This document shows positions 18,101-25,299 of a stretch of DNA of 64,000 nucleotides, one piece after another. The position numbers and the translations under genes are program-made. The first letter of the stretch is position 1; every line of letters starts with the position of its first letter. Source of the stretch: Pirellulales bacterium (GTDB lineage Bacteria; Planctomycetota; Planctomycetia; Pirellulales; JAEUIK01); NCBI GenBank assembly GCA_965227275.1, contig CBDDFU010000001.1:5050237-5114236 (forward strand), given 5' to 3'. The notes under the pieces are model-generated. The model was not told where the DNA came from, did no database searches, and saw only the letters and a program-made list of their open reading frames with translations.

Positions 18101-19047
18101 TTTACTGGAAGAATGCACCAGTGCCTTGGGAAATCCCAGAGGGAAGGCTTCCGTATTTTATCAGAAACTTGAATAAGGTCGCCCGCGCGGATCGAGCGGT
18201 CGACCTGCTGACCGGTCGAAGGAAGGACATCGGCGACCGCGACGTTGATTTAGTCTTTGAGGTGTTGGAAGCGTTGCCCCTTGTCGAGCTGCATCCAGAC
18301 GAGCGACACGGCGGCAGTCTGTCGTGGAATATTCAGGAACTCTTCAGTGTGCTCTACAAGTTTGGAATGTCTCAAGTCGAACGGCTTGTTCTGTTGGAAC
18401 TGCTTTATCACCATGTGTTCGAAAGCGACGAAAGCCGGAAATTTCAGCCAAAAGGACTGCTGGTTGCGATCAGGGATTCTCCGATTCTGTTCGTCGATTT
18501 GCTCAAATATCGCTACAAAGACGACAGCGGCGCATCGACCACACCAGAGGACGAACAGACTAACGCTGTAGCGAAGCAAGTAATTGGACTGCTTCACCAC
18601 CTTGCAGAACTGCCGGGACAGTCCGAATTGTGTCCAATGAGTGGCCGGACGACTGCGGATTGGGTTACTGAAGTGATTCAAATCGCATCTGAAAATCGGT
18701 ATCTCACTGCGGTTGGACTCCTGCTTCCTGACATCATAACAAGTGGAGCATGGAACATGATTGAAACATGGCCCACGGCCGATATGGCCGAAGCCATCAA
18801 TATTCTAGCTGACGCAATCCCAGAAATATTCCCACGACATCTCGCCGTCAGCCTCTCGATCGCTCGAGGCTTTCACTGGCTTGATCCATCCGGACAGTCA
18901 GAGAAAAGCCAAGCCGAGAAACTCCGAATTCGAGCGGGCCAACTTGTACAAACCTGCCCAGCCGCATCAAGGGCACTACTGGACGTTGCACAAGGACTTG
19001 ATTCCGAGGCAAGAAGTAATGTAGAGCGTGCGAAGTGGCAGCGATGA
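15172..19047 (+). CDS. large orphan protein (1291 aa), predicted mostly alpha-helical repeat with a distinct N-terminal ~170-aa module
   Basis: Long uninterrupted ORF with a coding-like composition. No Walker A, HExxH or other catalytic motif recognised. The N-terminal module carries GLDGYVY...IWELGTNKD. Confidence 0.7.
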   Translation: MTRLSRSDLINWADTKPSEGQLPELIRRLIMASNSAVETIVMPYGDSVGRSGLDGYVYAKSSSSHVPEGASIWELGTNKDHVRKANEDFKKRTSGTAGFRQKELNYHCVTPRHWEKKATWESGPGTAKEKIVGHWKAVRVFDVDDILGWLIDCPSVEAWFSRMLGKATAGLRDVEGYWKNVSTTRTCVLKPAVLLAGREELTKTVQLHVASGDDNPVPLAITCRSPAEVVPFAVASVVDSGDDVAIARTVVVDLRVQWEQLITEESGLGLIIAPQVQLSREELQQAASQNHRVIYCSTTGDMGLPRLTEFEVSKALTSSGVGEAEATQHAKQCGGNGQLLLDRLFGLDLPASSIRSSLDDRLKATCLLLVGWDGDSAADREVFSILSGLAYEQIETSLISDSNDPDGLLFRADGKFRLLSPELAWIRYASLITKSVVEDFADVVQYLLTDDDPTAGMSGEERLTAQFLGKHPEFSRTLRHNVVHALAIANSIGVPRLNLDPSMSPSFVDWIVRSTLNGAGFSRWASFGSELSILAEAAPDPVLDALERDLHADGPLAEVMEKTETGLFCWPAHTGILWALERLCWSPQHLERAICILLRLAGLNPEIRSGNNPSNSIQETLQLYCPQTNADWPTRQTAIARMLKEDAGTAFRLVIALFPSGHSSWMCRELPTWRDWAHGYKSRTTYQQIAVEIRWCVEQLLAIAAGDAERWCALIELCGDVEDEQYRDILGSYESKLADEAFEQEDKRLLWETINAMLVAMEWRSARRRLENGEVVDENELEDSEVESVSHFPGQVDLYERFGPQLRQLLEASTPEDPVLAGCHAYLQGLHPNHCTRHFSDRGNYEKQQELIDEARRSIALRVWRTKGLDGLRSLAEIAHVDADGVGRTAAVTEEVSVELDELLPLLSSKTQSDRMFASGFVAIWAWQHKNSLSTKVFPLLPTMSSDETISSYLRCLPPVPEVWDCIDQQSEAVQKLYWKNAPVPWEIPEGRLPYFIRNLNKVARADRAVDLLTGRRKDIGDRDVDLVFEVLEALPLVELHPDERHGGSLSWNIQELFSVLYKFGMSQVERLVLLELLYHHVFESDESRKFQPKGLLVAIRDSPILFVDLLKYRYKDDSGASTTPEDEQTNAVAKQVIGLLHHLAELPGQSELCPMSGRTTADWVTEVIQIASENRYLTAVGLLLPDIITSGAWNMIETWPTADMAEAINILADAIPEIFPRHLAVSLSIARGFHWLDPSGQSEKSQAEKLRIRAGQLVQTCPAASRALLDVAQGLDSEARSNVERAKWQR

Positions 19048-19464
19048 TTCAAACAGGGCGATACCCTGAGCCACGATACCAGAGGATCCTCTCTCGTAAT
19101 TTGGTGACCACGACCAAATCACTGAAACGGCGACCGCGTCCGGGGCTGACATGTGCGCGAAAATGGGGTGCCGAAATCTGCACAGGACCGACACACCGAA
19201 GCAGACTAAGGTGGCGTGTCATTATCAGTATTCTCATGCTCGGAGTTGATCACCGTTGGGCTTATAGCATTCGCAAGAATTGTTTTGGGTTGCAATAAGG
19301 ATTTTCTTTCCCACCGAATGCCACTTGCGACTGAATGCGTCCTCAGGTCAGAGGTGGTAGCTCTTCACGGCCACGAGATTCGCATCGGATAACCCCCCAC
19401 CCCAGAAATTGCGCCCAAAAAATTGCGAGCTTGGACGGGCGGTCCACGGGGCGCGAAGATCTAG

Positions 19465-21052
19465 CCTGGATATTTCATTGGCTGAGCGGGACGCCCCTCT
19501 AGCGCGAAAGCCTTAGTTACGGTAGAAATTGGAGTTGCAACACTTCAACACCCTTACCGAACCAAGGCTTTCACGATGACACAGTGTAAACGGAAGAAGG
19601 CGACTCTGAAACGGCTGCGGCGGCGAGAAGTTGCAGCGGATTTCAACGGCGGACGATTGACCAGCGACGGGGGGTTGCTGGTGCTTCGCGAGGTCGAGCG
19701 GCGGCTCGGCTTGCTGGATGCGGTGAATGCGGCGATTCCCGATCCACGTGACCCTCGCTATACCGTGCACGAGCAACGCGAGTTGCTCGCGCAGCGGATC
19801 TTTGCCATTGCTGCCGGGTACGAAGACGAAAACGACCACGACCAACTGCGACACGATCCGGCCCTGCAAGTGGTCGCGGAGCGAGAGCCGGAAGAAGACC
19901 AGCCTCTGGGAAGTCCTTCGACACTTTGTCGCTTAGAGAATCGCATTTCACGCCAGACCGTCGGCCGTCTTCATCAGGTACTGGTGGATCAGTTCCTGAC
20001 AAGTTACGACGAGCCTCCCGATGAAATCGTGCTCGATCTGGACGCCACCGATGATCCGCTGCATGGCCAGCAGGAAGGGCGTTTCTTCAACGGCTATTAC
20101 CGCTGCTACTGTTATCTGCCGCTGTACGTCTTCTGTGGATCGCACCTGTTGGTAGCGCTACTGCGAAGCAGCAACATCGACGCCGCGAAGCACTGCCGGG
20201 CTGTCGTACGGTTGCTGGTGCGTTATGTCCGCAAACACTGGCCTCAAACGCGGATCATTCTTCGTGGCGACAGTGGATTCTGCCGCTGGAAGCTGATGCG
20301 TTGGTGCGACAAGAACAACGTGGATTACATCGTTGGGGTCGCCAGAAATCCCCGTCTCCAAGCGGCCTGCGAGCCTTTGATGAAAGACGCGGAAGCGGAG
20401 TTTGAAACCACCGGCGAGAAGGTGCGACGGTTTGCCTGGTTGGATTACGCAGCACATAGCTGGGATCGTCGCCGACGCGTGATTGCGAAAGCCGAGCGTT
20501 TGCCCAAGGGGCGAAATCCTCGTTTCGTTGTCACCACGTTGAAAGGCGATCCGCAGCAACTCTACGAAGACGTGTATTGTCAACGCGGTGATATGGAGAA
20601 TCGGATCAAAGAGCAGCAACGAATGCTCTTCGCCGATCGGACCAGTTGCCAAGCCATGCTGGCCAATCAATTCCGGCTGCTGCTCTCCGGGTTGGCTTAT
20701 ACGTTGCTCGACGCCCTTCGCCGCATTGCCTTAGTCGGCACGGAAATGGCCACCGCACAGTCAGACACCCTTCGACTGAAACTCATCAAAGTGGCCGCGC
20801 GTGTCCGTGTCACCGCACGACGAGTCGTGTTTCATTTGGCAAGCTGTTGCCCATGGGAGCCACTTCTGCGTCAAGCGCTGACGACGCTCTACGACACCAG
20901 CTAACGCACCACGGCACCTCTGCTTACCGCATGGCCCAGCGGGGAGAAAGGGGGCCTTCTGCGCTCCCTTCGACAAAATCTCGCTCCGCTGCTGAAATCG
21001 ACCGCCCCGCCCAAAAAAACCCCGGCAACAAACAACGGATGAAATATCCGGG
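19465..21052 (+). mobile_element. IS1380-family insertion sequence, copy A
   Basis: Near-identical to 28259..29845. Imperfect terminal inverted repeats: CCTGGATATTTCAT... and ...ATGAAATATCCGGG. Flanked by CTAG (left) and CTAA (right). Confidence 0.85.
19576..20904 (+). CDS. IS1380-family DDE transposase
   Basis: 442 aa. LTSDGGLLVLRE N-terminal motif, DLDATDDPLHGQQEG, RGDSGF and QRGDMENRIKE blocks resemble what I remember of ISEcp1/IS1380 transposases. Confidence 0.85.
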   Translation: MTQCKRKKATLKRLRRREVAADFNGGRLTSDGGLLVLREVERRLGLLDAVNAAIPDPRDPRYTVHEQRELLAQRIFAIAAGYEDENDHDQLRHDPALQVVAEREPEEDQPLGSPSTLCRLENRISRQTVGRLHQVLVDQFLTSYDEPPDEIVLDLDATDDPLHGQQEGRFFNGYYRCYCYLPLYVFCGSHLLVALLRSSNIDAAKHCRAVVRLLVRYVRKHWPQTRIILRGDSGFCRWKLMRWCDKNNVDYIVGVARNPRLQAACEPLMKDAEAEFETTGEKVRRFAWLDYAAHSWDRRRRVIAKAERLPKGRNPRFVVTTLKGDPQQLYEDVYCQRGDMENRIKEQQRMLFADRTSCQAMLANQFRLLLSGLAYTLLDALRRIALVGTEMATAQSDTLRLKLIKVAARVRVTARRVVFHLASCCPWEPLLRQALTTLYDTS

Positions 21053-21567
21053 CTAACCCTGGACCCCATTGCGTGACCAGAGCAACAACACCCTGGCCCG
21101 AACGAGTAGCCGAAACTCAAACCAGGCAGCGATTTCCCACAAGATTTGCTAGGCAAAAGATCACCGACGCCCAAGCTAAACCAGGGCAAGTGATCCCTGC
21201 GTACTGCAGTAGAAGCGGTGTCGCCCTCGTGAAGGGGGCCGCCTAGAGTTAATGGCCACCTTGGGTCCGGCATCTCAAGCGAAATGCCGGCCCATTCTCG
21301 GTGGCTCTGGGCGTGGAATGCCCTGTGGAAATGTTCGTTCCGCCTCTCAGGAACGAGTGCCGAGTACCGTGCACCGACTTGCACAGGTTGATTCGGCACA
21401 GGATCTGACAAATTCATCGCCATCGTTCTTCTCCTTCTGGTAGTCACAAAAAAGTGATGCCCCTACCAGCCGGGATGGCGTTGCATTGGTGTTGCGTTAG
21501 AAAGTCACTAAATGCCGTGGTTTACGGCCAAAAAAAACCTCTTTGTTGCAGCATGTGTTGAATTCGA

Positions 21568-23043
21568 TCAATCCCAATCGTCGCAATCTTCATCTGCAGA
21601 GTCGTCGTAATTTCCGTCGGCAGGGTCGCTCTCGTAGTAGGCCTCTAAGTCCCGGCTGCCATCTTCGTGGAAGGTCTGAATACCCGCCGGCAAGTCATCT
21701 TTGCTCCCGCTGAAAAGCTCGAACACTTTGTGGAACATGTGGTTTCGCTTTTTGGACAAAAACGTGTGATCAAACCCACATTCTTTCGCGATCTGTCTTC
21801 TCGAGAGAGATGTGTCATTCAGAAACAGAGCTAATGCAGCGGCAGTCCTTATCGTACTGCTGCTCAGATTTGACGCATTCGGCAGTTCACCTGCGAACGA
21901 TTCAAGGAATGGCACCTCCAACTCCGACGTCTTAAAGTGGCGGGACAATTGATCTGCACGACGCTGTAGCGCGGCAGCAACCTCCTCCCGGTGGGAATCC
22001 GAGATCATTGCTGTAATCGTTAGCTCTTGACTCTTAGGAAGAGCATCGACCGCTTCCCACACCTTGTCACGGAATTCTCTCCAAAACTCACGCTCGTTCC
22101 AGTCGGCTTCAATAAAATCGTCGATCGCGCGGTTTACGAGAGGCCCGTAGTGTTGGTCATCACCAAAGTCTAGAGCTGGGTATTCTTTGCCGCTGAGCGT
22201 GGGATCTTTTTCCTTGTGAAATAATCGCAAATCGGACAAGGCGTCGGCCATCTCATGGATTGAACTGATTAGGCATTCCTTCATCACGTGGCCTATAAAC
22301 TCAAGAATGCTGACAAGACCACCGTTTCGCACGGATTCATCAATAACTATTTGCTGACTATTTGGCCCATGTCCGATTACCTGAAAACCATCTGCATCAA
22401 CTGTGTGAATGCCATCCAACTGCAGGAGGATTTCAGCGTCACCGTATGTTAGTTTTGAGTTAAGGTGGGAGACGCAGTTCCTCCAGAACTCACTGGTTAA
22501 AGCCTTCCTCTTCTTCTTCTCGACTTGGCTCGCCAGTTGAAGGCACGCCTCCGCCTCCTTGAGAGTTTTGAGCAGCACGTCCAGCAGTGCTGAACGCAAG
22601 ATACGGACTTGCTTGTTGCCAAGCTCGGCTGCCTTGTTTGTTGGCTCCGAAGTCGCACTGTTTTCTTGATAGAAACATAATCGTGAAAAGAGTTCGTCGA
22701 GCCACACGCAGTCGACAAATCTCCCAGGGCTATAACCGTATTCACAGATGTAGCGTCGCTCTTCTCGAGTGTATTTCCTATACGCCGATATGCGATCAGC
22801 AAATTCTTTCAGCGTAAAGAATGCGCGACTCGGTCCGTCATCGATATTTGCAAAGTGGCGTGAAGCCCAGCACCGTTCGAAATCGGCGCGCTGGTTTAGC
22901 GGTAACTTTGGTGATTCACTGTTAGAAGCTGTGTCCCAAAGCCAACTAAGTTGTTGTGTATGACTGATTCTCGCGCCGCCAACCATATCTCTTAGCGGCG
23001 CCCATTTTCGGACCTTATGCAGCCAGCTGAACTGTCGCAACAC
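21568..23043 (-). CDS. orphan protein (491 aa) with C-terminal HTH-like segment and acidic tail
   Basis: Long ORF. Near the C-terminus, LSRRQIAKECGFDHTFLSKKRN is HTH-like. The tail is strongly acidic (DPADGNYDDSADEDCDDWD). No family recognised. Confidence 0.6.
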   Translation of the reverse strand: MLRQFSWLHKVRKWAPLRDMVGGARISHTQQLSWLWDTASNSESPKLPLNQRADFERCWASRHFANIDDGPSRAFFTLKEFADRISAYRKYTREERRYICEYGYSPGRFVDCVWLDELFSRLCFYQENSATSEPTNKAAELGNKQVRILRSALLDVLLKTLKEAEACLQLASQVEKKKRKALTSEFWRNCVSHLNSKLTYGDAEILLQLDGIHTVDADGFQVIGHGPNSQQIVIDESVRNGGLVSILEFIGHVMKECLISSIHEMADALSDLRLFHKEKDPTLSGKEYPALDFGDDQHYGPLVNRAIDDFIEADWNEREFWREFRDKVWEAVDALPKSQELTITAMISDSHREEVAAALQRRADQLSRHFKTSELEVPFLESFAGELPNASNLSSSTIRTAAALALFLNDTSLSRRQIAKECGFDHTFLSKKRNHMFHKVFELFSGSKDDLPAGIQTFHEDGSRDLEAYYESDPADGNYDDSADEDCDDWD

Positions 23044-23204
23044 ATCAAGCCGAGATGTCCTGGTTCAGCGTGAAATGGAATTTTACCTTACTGGCGTTAA
23101 CTAGTTGAGCGGCTGTTGCCGCGGGGTTGATATTGCGTACACGCAGACCAGGGGTGCTCATTGCCGCCCCCTGGACTCCTGGCTAGCCTCTCCTCCTATT
23201 CTTG

Positions 23205-24204
23205 TTAGGCGGCGGTTGCGTTATCTCGTTCGGCTTGGCGTCGTTGAGCACGTCGTGTTCTGGCCGCTGCTAGTTTTCGCTCGCGTTCGTCGAAGGTCGC
23301 CTGTTGGCGACCGGCCAGGCGGTTCGCGGGCGTGACGTAGCCGATCGCGCTGTGCAACCTTCGATGGTTGTAGTCGTCCACGAATCGCTCGACGAGCCCT
23401 CTGGCATCTTCCAGTGACAGGGGTACGTTGGGGCGAATACACTCGCTCTTCAGCGAACCGTGCCAACGTTCGATCTTCCCGTTGCTCTGCGGATAGTACG
23501 GGCTGGTGCGGACGTGCGTCATGCCAGCCATGCGGACGAACTCCTTGAAATCCTTGGCGATGAACTGCGGGCCATTGTCGGTGATGATACGAGGCGAGAC
23601 GCCGGGAAAGCGTTCGCGGGAACGCTCCAGCACGATCTCGACATCGCGTTCAGTCATGCTCTCCCGCAGTTCCCAGTGCACCAGATAGCGACTGCAACCA
23701 TCCAGCACGCTGATGAGATAGTAAAAAGTGCCACACACGTTGACATATGAAATATCGACATGCCAATGCTCGTGTGGCTGCATCGGTTGCTGAAACCCCT
23801 GGCCTTTGCCGCTTTCGGTGCGGTTCCACCGCTCAAAACAGCCGGCACCTTTGAGCACGCGATAGACCGTTGCGGGGCTGACCGCGACGACATCCGCGTC
23901 CATCATCATGTACGCCCATGTACGCCAGCCGGCGATAGCCTTCGTCGGAATGTTCCGCATGAAAGGCGATAATCGCCTGTTTTTCCCACTGCTCGAGCCA
24001 ATGATCCCGCGGCACCAACGCGTTGTGTTCGTTCACCTTGCCGTACCTTCGCTTCCAGTCGTAGAACTTGCTGCAACCGATGCCAGCCCACCGCAGAAGT
24101 TTCCCGACGGGCAGTTCGGTCCGCCCGCTCCACTGGCGGACGTAATCGACGACTTCGTCGCGCGTGTCGTGAGAAACCCACCGTCCATTCAGAGTTCCCC
24201 ACAC
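23205..24204 (-). pseudogene. IS3-family transposase OrfB, frameshifted by a 10-bp tandem duplication
   Basis: Fragments 23833..24204 and 23205..23960 are in different frames. The plus strand has CATGTACGCC twice in tandem at 23907..23926. Removing one copy gives a continuous GYRRLAYMMMDADVVAVS. The DDE core DNGPQF...YNHRRLHSAIGY is present. Confidence 0.8.
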
Positions 24205-24518
24205 TCTTTTTTTGCTTTGACGTTCTCCTCCATCAACTCGGCGATCACTTCATTCTTGGTCGAGAGCTTGGCCTGGAGTTGCTCGATGCGACGCTCCGCA
24301 GTCGACTTGCCGCTCGCCTTCCGCTCAAACGCGACGGCACCTCCTTCAAACAACTGTTTCTGCCACTGATAGAACTGCGTCGGCAGAATCTGATGCTTGT
24401 CGCACAGATCGGAAACGGCAATGCCATCGACCAAGTGCTGCTTGACGATCAAAACCTTCTGCTCGCCCGAAAAATGCCGCCGTTCACGCTTGGCGGAACT
24501 GTTGCTGGAACCCTTCAT
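24189..24518 (-). CDS. IS3-family transposase OrfA
   Basis: ATG 24518 is preceded by AAGGAGG. Contains FSGEQKVLIVKQHLVDGIAVSDLCDKHQILPTQFYQWQKQL (HTH) and a coiled-coil C-terminus. Confidence 0.8.
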   Translation of the reverse strand: MKGSSNSSAKRERRHFSGEQKVLIVKQHLVDGIAVSDLCDKHQILPTQFYQWQKQLFEGGAVAFERKASGKSTAERRIEQLQAKLSTKNEVIAELMEENVKAKKECGEL

Positions 24519-24749
24519 GGAATCCTCCTTCGATTCGACGTATGCTAACGCCCGCGAAGAGAAATTCCAGTTCCGACTGAGGCAGGACACCAACAGCAAA
24601 AAAAAACCCGAAACTCTTGAGCAAAACGAAGTCATTTGGTGACTACGTACTACGGAGGGCGATCTTTCGACAAGGCCTACGCGACTCATGAGTCACCCGA
24701 TGACCGAGTTGTTACGTTTCTTTACACTACTTAACAAGAAGGAGAGTCT

Positions 24750-24977
24750 ATGGTTACCGATTGTCTACCGCTGCTGGTCGACGTGAGAGAGGTGTCACGA
24801 ATGCTGTCCTGCTCTCCCAGGCACGTCTACAGGCTCGCGGATCGTGGAGCCATTCCAAAGGCCATCAAACTCGGTGGGCTCAGGAGATGGGATCGTGGTG
24901 AACTTGAGAGGTGGGTGCAGGAGCAGAATCCGTCCAACACGCGTCCACTCGGCGTCCATAGAGTACCGACGTCGTAA
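24750..24977 (+). CDS. excisionase/AlpA-family HTH DNA-binding protein
   Basis: 75 aa. LLVDVREVSRMLSCSPRHVYRLADRGAIPKAIKLGGLRRWDRGELERWV matches the helix-turn-helix_17/AlpA pattern. AAGGAGAG RBS. Confidence 0.75.
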   Translation: MVTDCLPLLVDVREVSRMLSCSPRHVYRLADRGAIPKAIKLGGLRRWDRGELERWVQEQNPSNTRPLGVHRVPTS

Positions 24978-25006
24978 AGCACCGCACAGAAAGGATTTAT
25001 TATGCG

Positions 25007-25207
25007 GCGTCCAAGACGTCCATGGAAATCCAGAAACTTATACCAGATCCGTATAGGAAATGTACTCGCCACGTATCCCTATAAACTATGAATGATTTCT
25101 TAGTGAATCTAATTCCAAAAAAAACTTGGACGTCTTGGACGCTTAGTACTAAGTCCTAATGCTCCAGGCCCTTACGGGGTCCGTAATCGGGCAGATTCTT
25201 TGGACGC
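25007..25207. repeat. iteron-like repeats flanking an AT-rich spacer (candidate replication origin or regulatory region)
   Basis: The 16-mer TGGACGTCTTGGACGC at 25127..25142 has a perfect inverted copy at 25007..25022. Each is itself two tandem TGGACG[TC]C-type units. The 104-bp spacer is AT-rich. A third partial unit TTGGACGC lies at 25200..25207. Confidence 0.45.
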
Positions 25208-25299
25208 CGTCCTGACGTCTTTTTCTCTCTCCGCGAAGAACTGTTCCACGGGGCACGGTTCGCAGGGTTGATCTCTCTTTGGCACTTGAGGAGCTAGTT

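Larger units (their letters stand above)
23100..24690 (-). mobile_element. second IS3-family element, transposase inactivated; ends not resolved
   Basis: It has an orfA plus a split orfB of IS3 type. I could not identify the inverted repeats confidently, so the coordinates are approximate. Confidence 0.65.

Noticed and set aside
19513-20670. Several minus-strand ORFs inside the IS1380 copies (also 28307..29413)
   Set aside because: They are antisense to the conserved transposase and are duplicated only because the IS is duplicated.
20761-21447. 228-aa minus-strand ORF crossing the right end of IS1380 copy A
   Set aside because: It spans the IS boundary. I conceptually removed the IS and read on into 19464 and below. 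The joined frame gives a low-complexity Arg/Trp/Gly-rich product with a stop after about 40 codons, which is not convincing as a gene disrupted by the IS.
13000-21600. Search for an attL-type direct repeat of the tRNA-Ala 3' half (e.g. GAGTCGAACCC) on the left side of the island
   Set aside because: I found none by eye in the intergenic stretches I scanned (13.3, 15.1, 19.0-19.5 and 21.0-21.6 kb). An exhaustive computational search is needed before concluding it is absent.
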